Positions 35,861 to 47,588 of a stretch of 64,000 nucleotides of DNA are shown here, piece after piece. This DNA is from Anthoceros angustus (taxonomy: Eukaryota; Plantae; Anthocerotophyta), in assembly GCA_010909165.1 (NCBI GenBank), contig MU008182.1, forward strand, positions 558,001 to 622,000. The letters are read 5' to 3'. How positions within the stretch are numbered: the stretch's first letter is position 1; the number at the start of each line of letters is the position of its first letter. The notes beneath the pieces were generated by a model. The model worked only from the letters and a program-made list of their open reading frames with translations, was not told where the DNA came from and did not search any database. The position numbers and the translations under genes were made by a program.

Positions 35861-36031
35861 TTAGAGTGGTAAAGGCATCAGGTCGCAAAGGGAAAGTTTC
35901 TTTTCTCCCAGAAGCCCAATTATCGTGGAGAGTTGAAGAAGGATGCGACGTACAAGGTGAAGTCTACAGGTTGCAAACCCACTGCCAAACGAGGGCACCT
36001 CTTGAACACTATTGTCATAGACGACCGAAGA
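35861..36031 (-). pseudogene. Truncated 3' fragment of the beta-helix gene
   Basis: Homologous to the last ~50 codons at 38541-38699; CAA-to-TAA change (SPR*) and a short frameshifting deletion. Confidence 0.75.
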
Positions 36032-36679
36032 GTACTTGGGCCACATCCCGGCACCTTAACCCTGGACCGGCATGTGAGATGTGCCGAGTGTTGGAATTGG
36101 TACACCACGTTTCTCAACGATTCATAGCCGTTTCTTTCCAAATCTTCCCGTTTTCCGAGGTGTTTATTAGGCGGCAAAGATCGGCAGGATCTCATCAATG
36201 AATTAATGACCATCCATTACAAAATTAAACTTGAATTTTCAAGTCCATTGTCCATCCCGTAGACTCTCCCTCCCAAAGCTCAACACAACCTCCAATGTTG
36301 GGCTCATTTCAATCTTCAGAATCTATTTCACTTGTGGGTGTGTGTGCCCTCATCTAAGATGTTGTAGTTCTAATTGTCTGCTTGCAAATCGGAGATTAGT
36401 CTCATTCCATGCTTGGCTAGCTACCAAATTAGGGACAAAGAGTACAAACTATATCTTGGAAAAAGCTTGTGTTTGTGATCAATCCAAAACTCACCACCCA
36501 CATCTGTGTGCGGAGAAACTAAAGAAGTGGCAAGCTAAACCTGGTGATAGAGCTAGGAATTGAGAGAAGCGCTTGGAATTGCAGCAACAAAGGTGCCTCA
36601 TTAAACGGTCGTAATAGGCAGGTGTCCATTCCCAACCTGGCTCGCACGGCAACTGAGTAGTTCATAGGTAAAGCGCAAA

Positions 36680-37190
36680 GGAAACTAGGCAGAGGAACAA
36701 ATGGAAGCATGCCAGCGGGAGATTGAGGAGAAAGTTTTCCCAACCATCAATGTTGCCGCTAAGGCCTTCAACATTTCAAGCAAAGTGTGCATGATTTGCC
36801 CACAGGCAATGTGTAGAAGTGGAGGCTGATGGTGACCCTAGCATTGCAGATATGGATGAAGAGCAAGCTAGCATTCCAAGCAGTGATGCTATTGCAGTGG
36901 TTGGGCGCGTCGCATAGGGTTTTCCATCACGAAGAGATTGCTCAAGGGAGGCAGCCGTATTGCATATATCCTGCAGTTGCGTACCATGGAGAAGCTTCTC
37001 GCTGCTAACTCTAAGGAGAAGAAGTCCTTTGCATATTCCTAGCTTGTAACAGCAGATGAGTGGATCACAACAGAGGCAAGAAGCAAGGAGGAAAAGGCTC
37101 CTCTATTAGAAGACAAATGAAAGAAGGAGCAAGCTCGTATCCCGAAAAGAGTGAGAAAGGAAGCGGTTGTAGTTGAATGGAGAAACGAAA
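36680..37190 (+). mobile_element. Possible pogo-like transposase remnant (psq-type HTH and basic C-terminal tail)
   Basis: AEEQMEACQREIEEKVFPTINVAAKAFNISSK resembles an HTH_psq; LVTADEWIT..KEEK..KKEQARIPKR is pogo-tail-like; stops present. Confidence 0.3.
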
Positions 37191-37227
37191 AACACATGGT
37201 CTCAATATCTTCCTACCACATAAGCGC

Positions 37228-38699
37228 GCCGCGGGCGCCACAAGAACTTTTCAACGACGTTTTGAAATTCAGGTAATTGACTACTTAAATTACAATTCAG
37301 CACTAGGCTATAAAAGTTAAAATACAGCCTTTGCCTCGCCTGAAGTAAGCAAAAGCGGCGAAACTTCAAGCAAAACAGGCGGAGAGGCAAACCTGATTCT
37401 AGTCACTCTCACAGACCCAAACTAGAGTTGCTCTACTGTGGGAAACCTTGTCTGGATGGAAAAACTTTTTCGATGCAAGTAGTTATCAGTACGTAGTTCT
37501 TTTGTTTTTTTTATGCATAGATTTGCTGCCTCACAATAAAGCACTTGGTGCCCATGTCAGCTTTCTTTGAGAGTCCTCCGAGCAGAACCAAAACAAGTTA
37601 AACCTTCCAACAATATTTGGAAAACCAAATTTGGAGAACAAGTTAAACATATGCCGAGCTAGCGCCCTGCCATATACAACCCGTGATGAACTCCATAAAT
37701 TCTCATTACCTATAAGATTTGGCAATGTTTCTCCAGTGTCTCCATTGATCATTGGGATAAGCTGGAGCTGGAGTATTAGCACTACTAATAGCTGGCAATG
37801 ACTGATGTTGTTGCATCGAGGCAGCAACTTTATGAGTACCAAGAACTGGCCATAGCTTAGCATTGTAGCTTGATTTTCCCTTTTGGACTAATAGACCTTC
37901 TTCCATCAACCTTAGTGTTCTATCATACATCATATCGTCTGAATGCTCACCATCTTTTTCTACCTCATACTCACCATCTTTTTCTTTCTCATGTTTCTCA
38001 GTTGCTGAACTAACCACTACCTTTACCACGCAACTAGACAATTTCTTAGCAGTTGAGTAAGCCATTACCTTTGCCATGGCAAATAATTTACTCCAGCCTT
38101 GGTGCTCCAACGTTACAGAATCTGATATTTCTTCCAACACTATCGAATATGAGTCTCCTATATCACCCATTTTTTTTCTTTCCAATCGAAGCAAAATAAG
38201 ATAGAGCTTTGTGAAAGGAAGCAAAATAAATAAAGAGCTTTGTAAGATACTGTTCAAAAATAAATCACCATATATAGAAAGAAATCAGGAGGTTTTTCTA
38301 AGAAATCTCGGATTAGAAAGTCACAATTGTAGGGTCACTCATTGACCCATCACTAAAATTAATTTCGAAGAATTATTTTTTTATTTGATTCTATTATTCT
38401 ATTATTATTATGGATAATAAGATTGACTCTTCACTAAAGTGAAATAGTTGGTTCTTGTTTTATAGAGGCTCCATGTCGCCTTTTTCTATTCTTAGTATGG
38501 AAGGGTATATAGAACTTTATTATTTAGAGTGGTAAAAGCATCAGATCGCAGGGGGGAAGTTTCTTTTCTCCCAGAAGCCCAATTGTCGTGGAGAGTTGAA
38601 GAAGGATGCGGCGTACAAGGTGGAGTCTACAGGTTGCAAACCCACTGCCGAACGAGGGCAACTCTTGAAACCTGGCTCGTTGTCATAGACGACCGAAGA
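37228..38699. repeat. Copy 2 of the ~1.46-kb direct segmental duplication; overlaps the 3' end of the beta-helix gene
   Basis: Collinear with 34573-36031. Confidence 0.92.
37706..38257 (-). other. Unidentified ORF within duplication copy 2 (paralog of 35040-35504)
   Basis: Same reading frame kept open; ends SYR with a conserved AG|GTAA donor-like site. Confidence 0.3.
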
Positions 38700-40795
38700 T
38701 GTTTGCACCCCGAAATCCAAGCCGGCTTCGTCCACAAACTGGACCTGCTCAGCATTGAACACGTCGTAGGAGATGGTGTTGAGGTTGGGAACGCTTTGGA
38801 GCCCGTTACAGTTGGCCAGGTACCCAGGAAGGGACTTGTTGTACCGCTGCGGGTCCACCACGGTGATGCGCAAGCTGTTCTCCGTCGGAATTCCACTGCA
38901 ACATTCAACAACGTTGCGACGCATCACCGATTTGCATTTCAGAGATTCGATCTCCCTACTAAAACAGACTAACCGGTAGACCAGCGGGCGCTGGCACGAT
39001 GCATGGTCTGTTGGTGAGACTGGAAACAAGATTTATGTTTCCAATTGCAACCGTATTATAGTCTGGAATAGCTACCTGCAATTTCCTGTGACAGCCGCCG
39101 TGGGCTCGGTCCCGGCAGGGTTGCAGTCGATGCCGTTGATGGAGGTTCGCGCACAGAAATCTGTGAGATAAGGGTAGGCCTGCAGCGGATGCAACCAGAG
39201 ATGGACGACATGTAGTTTGGAACCCTAGGCAAGAGCATGCTTATGGTGAACATGAGGATGCATGTGTGGGGAAAGGAATAGAATTCGAACCTGCCGGATC
39301 GCGGTGGAGTTGTATTGTGCAATCCGTGTGGCCTCCCAGTAAGTGCCGGGGTCCGCGGCGCAGTTGTTGATGTCGTAGTTCTGGCAGCTGATCCAGCCTG
39401 CCTGATACCGGGGTTCCACCACCAGCAAGCTGGAAACTGCGTTGTTCTTGCCAGTGTTGAGTTTCACTCCGTTGGTGGTGTTGTAGCACACTCCGCCCTC
39501 CACAGTCACGCCGGAGGAAGCCCAGTCCAAGTAGATGCAGTGGACGCCGTTGATTATGTAGTTGCAGGAGAGGCGGTTTCCTGGGTTCACCCAGTGGGTG
39601 TCGAAGTAGATGCTGCCGGAATCGGCTGTGGTGGTGAAGTCCGGGGTGACATGGATGTAGTTGTTCACGATGGTGGTGAGCATGCAGTCGCCGACGTTGT
39701 GCGCGTTCTTCCCGCACTGAATCGCTGTGAAGACGTTGTTCTCCAGGTAGTTGTTGGCTATCGTCACTCCAACTGTCTGCCTGTTCTTGTCACGGTCATG
39801 GAACCATGATTTGAATCATGAGCTGTTTCAGGACATGCTTACAGTGTTTACAAGCTTGTCGAATGTACAAACCTGTAGAGACATATGCCGTCCGTACTGC
39901 CGTAGATCCTGCTGTTGGAGATGACGACGTCAGATCTCTCCAGGTTTGGCCCATCGCCATTGTAGCTCAATCTGACCGCAGCGAAATTGGAAGTCTCTGT
40001 CCGGATGAGCAACGAATCCAGGAGCGTCTGGTTTGTTCTCAAGACGTCTATCCGTCCATGCACCGTTGCCTGATCATATGCATGAACCCATCCATGGCAT
40101 GAGCGGAAGGTGAGACAAGAAACGTTTTTCGCATCACAAATGAATTTAGTATTTGTGTGCAGCTGGCTTGCATGATGCATGCATTGGTACCTGGACAATC
40201 TGCACTCCCCACGACCCGAACACAGAAATTGCTGGGCAGTTGGCATTCTGAGAGTCGCCTTCGGGCAGCGTGGTAGAGCAGTTGGCATACGTTTCCTGCT
40301 CAGGGAGGCGGAACCCAACGTTCTGGATGAGCACATTGTTGGTGTTCCAGACGAGGATTGCTGGGACGGAGTCATCCGCCGTGGAAACGTTGAATCCCCG
40401 ACCTTGTTCTCCACTCGCAGATCTGAAGATGGTGCACTGGTACTCCTTACGGAACTCGATACTTTTGGACACCGTAATGTCCTTCTGGAGCGTGAGAATC
40501 ACGGTCTGGGTGTTGGGATAGTTGGTGCGAGCAACAATGTCGCTGGCGCTGTGCACATCCACGGTCACCGCCTGGTCTACTGATGTGCATGGTCCCCCTG
40601 CCACACGTGATGACAGGCAACCTTGTTGACGAAACTTTTCAAGGAGCAAGCATACTAACAACCAATGAAAACAGCTATATCAAAGCTTGACTTGAAAAAA
40701 TTATCACCAGTTGCTGAAGCAAGCCTGGAGTAGGAAGGAAGTAGGAGCAGACACAGCAACAGCCATACACAAAAGAGAGCCTTGCCAGGAGACAT
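38541..40795 (-). CDS. Secreted right-handed parallel beta-helix (pectin-lyase fold) protein with GH141-like motifs, ~554 aa; exons 40795-40708, 40621-40191, 40069-39873, 39780-39291, 39179-39076, 38895-38541
   Basis: Signal peptide MSPGKALFCVWLLLCLLLL; beta-helix rungs (VTIANNYLENN, TTIVNNYIH); DSGSIY..GNRLSCNYI..CIYLDWASSGVTVEG..YN..NGVKLNTGKNN; FVDEAGLDFGVQTSS. The joined CDS is 1665 nt and in frame. Confidence 0.8.
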
Positions 40796-41399
40796 GGCTA
40801 AATCTGTTACAGTAGAAATAGAAGCTGCCCAAGTGGATGTAGCAGTGTGGAAGCTGCCCAGACAAACGCTCGTCGATGATTCCATTTCCAGATCTGGCAT
40901 GCCTTTTAAGGAATTCATCGGCTTGCTGTCTGATCGTTGTAAAGTGGTTAACGCAATGCCATGTTAACGCCGTGTCGAAGTTTTACCGTGCGCAGTGATT
41001 GAGTTGGATTTCTCCTCGATCACTAATCATGATGTGTCACCACAATCCGACACATGCTGGGTTCGGCATGCAAAACCCCCTTCCTTCGGAGGAAGATGTC
41101 AAGGGCCTCACGTAATCATCAATCCATGTCACACTCCATGGCAGACAGAAAAGACGTCTTGAATACAGACAGCAAGCTAGCTTGCCGAGGGAGAGGACAT
41201 GGCCCTCGAATTCCAGGCTTCCGTGCGACGTCGTGTTTCAAGTGTCGTCCTCTGAGCACCCCTGTTGAAGAGTATACCCACATCTGAAATGAGCTTGAGT
41301 GTTGGTTTTTACTCTGTCCAATAGCTGCAGGGAAGCAGCCAAGCTCCTGTTAGAAGACACGTTTCTTTAGTCCTAGTGGCCGTGAGTTCAATTCATCAG

Positions 41400-42010
41400 A
41401 GGAACTGTACTACTTCTCCCGATCAGATTCTGCAAAGTTGGCCATCTCGGCAACAGAATCTGAATCTGATGCGCCTGTGCCACCAGACTGAGTCCTACTG
41501 GGAGAAAACTTGCTACAATCTAAATCCAGCAAAGAGCTGCGGTCATCTCAACTGTAGTCCTGTACACGTGCACCCTCGGGTTCTTGGATACGTGACGGCA
41601 GCTTCGTTACATGATACAAGGAGGCTTCGTATCGAACCCAGCCCTTCCTTCATTTCCGGTCGCTCTGGTGATGTCCTTGGCAAGCACTGTGCAGCCAGAG
41701 CGCAAGTACTGTGGATTGATGCCTTCCCAGCAGGAGTATAGAATATATCCAGCAGACAGGGGTCAATAAGACGTTCCCAACCCCCGTTTCTCATGACAGA
41801 AACTGCCAGATTCTCCAGGCTTGCGTCCCTACTGCGCCGCAGAACATCCCTTGGAGATTCAGCAAAGATGACTTCCAGCAAGCAGCACCACGCCAACGCT
41901 GTAGACATCACGTTTGGCCGCCCAGTACTGGAAGGTATTGTAGTACTCCCGGTCCATGTAGCCGATGGCGCCCTGTATACCTGCAGTTGACACATAAAGC
42001 TTGAGCGGTT
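41400..42010 (-). pseudogene. Receptor-like kinase C-terminal fragment (subdomains VIII-XI), frameshifted and 5'-truncated
   Basis: STAGIQGAIGYMDREYY..DVYSVGVVL, then a frameshift to LLEVIF..LIDPCL..ALAAQCL..ERPEMKE. Confidence 0.8.
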
Positions 42011-43214
42011 TGTGGAAGGAGGCAACTCTCATGGATCTGGGGTTATGTTGGAAGGACGATGTCTGGGTGCATCCAAGCTTGAGGCGGGTTCTGGGTTGCT
42101 GATTGATCTTGCAACGTGTCAGCTTGGGACAGTACCCAAAGTTTTTCTCAGTCGCTCTTTGCTTGGTTGTTTGGGCACCAAATGGTGGATGGTGGTGGTG
42201 ATTCACTACCCTTGCTCAAGGTTCTGAAGAAGAGAGGGGATGCCACAAGGTTCTGACGAAGAGAGGCGATTCATCTTCTGGAACCTTTGAGATTGCCGAT
42301 GAATCAATGCTACAAAATCTTTTCCACAATAGGAGGCCCAAGCATGGTTTAGGGCTACCAAGCAGGACAAGAAGCCCATTGTTTAAGGCTAAGAAGATAG
42401 TCAATCCCTGACAGGGTTGATGCTGGTGACTTCTGGCTGATGTGAATAGCACTCTCAAATCCTTCAGTGTCGATTTTTCCTCACCTTCAAAGAGCATAGC
42501 CTTTCAGTTTTTCCTCAGCTTTAAAGAGCACAGCCCCTCACTTCATATTCTAAGATCACAATTTATTCCTTCCTCTAAGTCTATACCAGTAAGTTCATGT
42601 CTTTTGGCCATCTTTTGGGTAGGGAAGTTCATGTCCTTTGGCCATCTTTTGGGTAGGGAAGTTCATGTCCTTTTGCCATCTTTTGGAGCTCCCTACCCAA
42701 GGTCCTGCAGATACCAGAATATATCAGAGATTTGCTGTTTTCTTAGCCTAAACTAGGTTTCTTAACCACTGCAAGGGCTTCTTAGTCCTAAACCACCGCT
42801 TGGGCCTTCCTGTCGCGGAAGAGGTTTCGCAGCATTGATTCATCGGCAAACCCAAACGCTGCAGAGGATGCATCCGCTCTCTTCTTCAGGACCTTCTGCA
42901 AGAGTTGATGTTCTTTAGGATCTCCCGGTTGTCTCAAATTTTCCAAGGCAACAGGTTTTGAGGGGTGCTCAAGAAACCGGAGCACGGTGGCTGGGTGCAG
43001 CAGGTCCAGTCCAGGACAGATGGTGCTCAATTTATGGGGGCAGCTGCTGCCCCACTCACTTTCTCACATTCTGAAGGTCAGGTGCTTGGGCCTTCGCCAA
43101 TCCAAGGTTTTGGACCAGCCCACGGGCAGGTTGATGTGCCTCAAGGGGCTTAGCAATTTTTCGTGTCTGCACAGGCATTAGGATATGGGGGTGCACAGGG
43201 CCAGGGCGTCCTTC

Positions 43215-43560
43215 CTATTTAGGGTCAAGGATTAGTTCCTGCTCAGGGACAAGGCTTCGTTCCTCCACAGGGTCAAGGATTAGCTCTTGCACAGGGTGAA
43301 GGATTCGTTCCTTCACAGGGTCAAGCCTTCGTTCCTCCACAGGGTCAAGGATTAGCTCTTGCACAGGGTGAAGGATTCGTTCCTTCACAGGGTCAAGCCT
43401 TCGTTCCCCTACGCAGTCAAGGATTCGTTTCTGCACAGGGTCAAGGATTCGTTTCTGCACAGGATCTAGGATTCGTGTCTGCACAGGATCAAGGATTCGT
43501 TTCTCCACAAGGTCAAGGATTTGTTCCTGCACAGGGCCAAGGTTTCCTTACTACCCAAGG
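43215..43560 (-). repeat. 24-bp minisatellite (LDPVQKRI-type frame) with a 72-bp higher-order duplication
   Basis: gtcaaggattcgtttctgcacagg units. Confidence 0.9.
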
Positions 43561-43939
43561 CCAAGGCTTTTGGCCCTGCACATGGCCAAGGCTTCGTTCC
43601 TAATAATGATGATTTTTTACTTTGATAATGATGATAATGAGGGTTGAATACAGCACATGAGCTGCTACAACAAACCCCTTAAACAAGAAGTCAATCATAG
43701 AACTTGACCTCCTACAACAAACCTAGCCATCAAGCTCTTAAACAAAGAAAAAAAAACAAACCTAGCTTGATCTAGCCATCAAACTCTTGAACAAGAGAAA
43801 AAACAAATCTAGCTTGGTATAGCCATCAAGCTCTTGAACATGAAAAGATAACTCTAGCCATCAGCTCCTTTTTTTTTTGCAAAAACTTTTTAACTGATAA
43901 ATACCATCAAGCTCTAAAACAAGAAGAGAAAGAGTAGTC

Positions 43940-44190
43940 TCTTAAAGAAAGAGGGAAACAGTATCTTAAGCAAAATAATAAGTACATAAGAGAGAAACCG
44001 TATCTTAAAACAAAATAATAAGTACAGAAGAGAGAAACAATATCTTAAAGCAAAATAATAAGTACAGAAGAGAGAAAGAGTATCTTAAAACAAAATAATA
44101 AATACAGAAAAGAGAAGAGAGAAACATTATCTTAAAGCAAAATTATAAGTACAGAAGAGAGAAATAGTATCTTAAAGCAAAATTCTAAGA
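43940..44190 (+). repeat. ~39-bp A-rich tandem repeat (aagtacagaagagagaaacaatatcttaaagcaaaataat), about 6 copies
   Basis: Visible tandem units. Confidence 0.9.
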
Positions 44191-44463
44191 ACTAGCCATG
44201 AAGCCTAATCCCGGATATGTTTGAGATAGCTCGGTATTCTTCTGAAGTCCGGCATGATGATTCCCTAGGCCTCTACACGGTGTGCAAGTGAGTATTACGG
44301 GTACTAATTACAGTAGTAATATCAACATCTGCAAAAATTAAGTACATAACGCCCAGACAAGGGCAAAAGCAATATGAAGAAAACCGATGAGCGGTCTACA
44401 CTTCCTACACATGCACGTAAATAATGACCGAATTAACATAAACGACCGAAGTCAATCATCGGT

Positions 44464-44725
44464 CCCTCCCAAGGCAATGTTTAGGAGTTTAGTTACCTAC
44501 TGTGCCTATAATATCATATAGGGAAATAAAGTATCTATAAAGGTTATACCACTGAAGTTCTTTTGATAATGTTGTGGAACTTGGACACACATTAGCCCCT
44601 CCCAATGCAATGTTTAGGAGTTTAGTTACCTATTGTGCCTATAATATCATATAGGAAAATAAAGTATCTATAAAGGTTATACCACTGAAGTTCTTTTGAT
44701 AATGCTTTGTGGAACTTCGACACAC
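44464..44725 (+). repeat. Tandem direct repeat, period 133 bp, 2 copies
   Basis: ccctcccaa.gcaatgtttaggagttttagttacc..ttcttttgataatg at 44464 and 44597. Confidence 0.9.
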
Positions 44726-45134
44726 CAAACGTTGGGCGGATAGGTACATAATGAATTTTTCGTTAATCTCTCTAAAGGCATATCACTACCTATAGCGTGG
44801 GGCTTGCTCATGTTGATGTTTGCTGTGTGCACCCAAAATGGTTGGTTTGTAAAACCGATTGCTCTGTACTTTTGGGTAAACCTGATAAGGGCGGTTCCCT
44901 GTTGAATTGGGGCCTCGTTCATTTTTTCGAACTTAGAGCATTTCATGAAACATCTTTTGATCAAACGAAAGACCTAACCAAATCCTGAGGCCAAGACAAA
45001 ACGGGTTGGCGTCTTTGTTTTGGTTTTCTACAATTCGTGCAGCGAGGTGTAGCGGGTGGGAGTCCAATTCAGCTTTGAACTAGATTATGGTTACATATTT
45101 GAATTTATATTGTGTATTTCAATCAGAATTAGTC

Positions 45135-45310
45135 TTGTAGGGCTCTCGTTACAACAAGTGGGCTCGTAGCGCTTTTTATAGCAGCAGGCGCCGTAGGACT
45201 TTTTACAACACGCGGCCCCGTAGGGCTTTTTACAATAGGCGAACTTGTAGGGCTTTTTACAAAAGGCAGTCCCATAGGGTGTTTTACAACAAGCAGTCTC
45301 ATAGGGCTTT
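45135..45310 (+). repeat. ~28-bp degenerate tandem repeat (gtagggctttttacaaca..), about 7 copies
   Basis: Recurring gtagggctttttaca core. Confidence 0.85.
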
Positions 45311-46189
45311 CCTAAGCACTGTAGAAACGCTAAAGAAACCTAACCCTACAAAAACAATATTCTTAATTTCTTTGCAACATTCATAATTTAACTCGTTCTT
45401 AAGCAACTCCTCCTTGTCATGCCGTGTAACACTAATCTCTGCACTTGGGTTTAGTGTCTGATTAGCATTAATTAATCTAATTACTTATAGTTAAGTAAGA
45501 AGTCAGTAAAAATTAATCTAAAGTGCTTATGGTAATTAAGTACTGATTAGTGTTAATTAAACATGGTTAGCAATAGCTAAGTGGATAAACACAAGTAATA
45601 TGATTTAGCATATTCCTTACATATTATAGTGTATTCTTAGGATATTTCTGGCATATGCTGATACCAATAGAATATCTTAGGAATATACCGATGCCAAGTG
45701 CTAGTATACATAGACCTTTTCACAGAGGACAAGCTCAGATTATAGCTTGTCCTCTGCATATGCAATGCGAGAGTGTTGTGAGAAGGCCAAAGCTATGACT
45801 CCGAGAGCGATGTATGAGGAATTTGCATGTTGCTCTCGTGGGGAGAGTGTGTTTGTTCCACAACATGCGAGCTACTCTCTCTTATTGTTATTGGTTTGCA
45901 CCTATACTTGCATATTAGATTTTTTTTGCTTGGTTGTTTGTTGAGGAAGTGCGTATATGAATTCAAGTGCTTACCTCATGCGACGAAGGTGATATATAAT
46001 TTATTTAGATTAAATTTTAAGTAATTTCTCCACTTTTTTCTATTTCATGTATACGGTACAGTTTAGGTACATGTGAGTACTTCCATATGTATTTGAATTT
46101 ATTCATATTAGTTTTTCTATGATATTCTTCTTTCTTTTTTTCTTTATGTAATTGAGTACTTAGAAATAAAATCTTTTGAATAGACTTGC

Positions 46190-46660
46190 AAGCACGAGAG
46201 CTGCCAAGAGAAGAGCGGCATTGCAAATGCAACAAAAAAAAGACATTTTAGCCCACAGAGTGGCTAACAAGCCAATCACCCCCAAGGCACTAAATGGGCC
46301 ATTGGTCATTTTCGAGTGAAGGTCTCAATGGCAACCATCAAGCGATTCATCAAGAAAGAATGCATTATCTAGAGTGTCAACCAACTGGACTTATAACGTA
46401 GACGCTTGCGACCTTGTGCATCTCCTGAAGGTGAAAAACTATTATATGTTTGGTTTGTGACAGAGAAGGAATTGGAGCTGCAAAAGATATTGAAATATAT
46501 AAACAGGCGAAAATTTTCTATGAGCAATTACCCGAAGAAGTGCGGAATAAACGGGCTCTCATATTTTCAAATGGTTGGGCCTCAGGATTCAAATGTAAAC
46601 ATGGTATAGCATGACATGTAGAGCGTAGAAAAGCTCGGGCTTAACCCCGCAGTTAAGTTC
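46190..46660 (+). mobile_element. pogo/Tigger-like (CENP-B HTH) transposase remnant
   Basis: EGEKLLYVWFVTEK, then a frameshift to DIEIYKQAKIFYEQL..LIFSNGWASGFKCKHGI; matches the CENP-B-type HTH pattern (LY.WF..KA..F...L...F..S.GW...FK.RHGI). Confidence 0.65.
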
Positions 46661-47387
46661 AAAGAGCTCAAATTGAGACTTCTTACATAGGTATAGAAGA
46701 TTATCTCTTTTTGTTCTCATGAGATTCTTTAAAAATGTTTTGGGCAGTTTTTTTCCCATCATACTTCTGCATATGATACAATTTTTTCTTTATTTAAAAA
46801 TTGAAAAAAAAAAAACAAAGCAACCCTATTATGCTGTACTCATTTTGACACTAGCTCTGGACAATTGAAATGATTATTTGTCTTCTTTTTGGGCGGAGCT
46901 GAAGCTCCGATTGGCATGCACACCAAGCTAAGGCTCCGCCGGTCAGAAACTAGCTCCCGTCGGCGTCCACACGATCATATCACGCTCAGGCTCGGCCAAT
47001 CACAGGCTGGCAAGTTGCAAGCTCGATCGCGGCCTTGTGAAATGCATGACTAGGCATGCAGGTCTGGCTTGCGATTGCTTTGCCATAATCCTAGTCGATC
47101 GAGCCAGTCCACAATTGATGATTTTGTGCCCGATGAGTGCTAAGAGGAGCTAAAGCATAAAAAAGAAAAGCAAAAATTTTAAGGTGTTTAAATCGATATA
47201 CCATACCGTATAGTATTATGGTGTTATGTCACAGACCATCTGACACATTCCCTTGAGCGAGAGCAGAGAATGGACCTCCTGCTGCCCTTGTAGGATAGAG
47301 CTAGGGCCGGAACGCCGCTGGCTGCGGATGCACCACAACACGTTTGCCCTCACCATCATATCGAGTTTCTTCAGACCAACTACAAAC

Positions 47388-47588
47388 TAGTCCACATCCA
47401 CAAGTCTACAGCAACTATGTGAACTTCACGAATTGCGGACTAGTCCACACCTATAGCCCTACACCGACCGTATGAACTTTACGAACTAAAGACCAGTCCA
47501 CACCCACAGCCCTACGGCAGCCGTATGAACTTTATGAACTAGAGACTAGTCCACACCCACAGCCCTACTGAGACTTAAAGGGAGGGGA
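47388..47588 (+). repeat. ~54-bp tandem repeat (~3.5 copies) followed by a polypurine-tract-like aaagggagggga
   Basis: actagtccacacccacagccctac..ccgtatgaacttt units; purine tract at 47577-47588 typical of an LTR-element 3' region. Confidence 0.7.

Larger units (their letters stand above)
34573..36031. repeat. Copy 1 of a ~1.46-kb direct segmental duplication (copy 2 at 37228-38699)
   Basis: Collinear similarity from gccgcgggcgccacaagaactt to ttgtcatagacgaccgaaga, with substitutions and indels. Confidence 0.92.
42010..44200 (-). mobile_element. Degenerate LTR-retrotransposon gag-like region and repeat-rich leader
   Basis: KPVAL..GDPKEH..KKRADASSAAFGFADESMLRNLF..KAQ resembles a retrotransposon Gag N-terminus; many stops; tandem arrays upstream. 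Confidence 0.45.

Noticed and set aside
45135-45310. CRISPR-like appearance
   Set aside because: Eukaryotic context, degenerate repeats, linkers of only ~13 nt and mutually similar, and no cas genes.
47005-47112. Bulged inverted repeat (gctcgatc / gactagg arms)
   Set aside because: Arms are short and discontinuous; could arise by chance.
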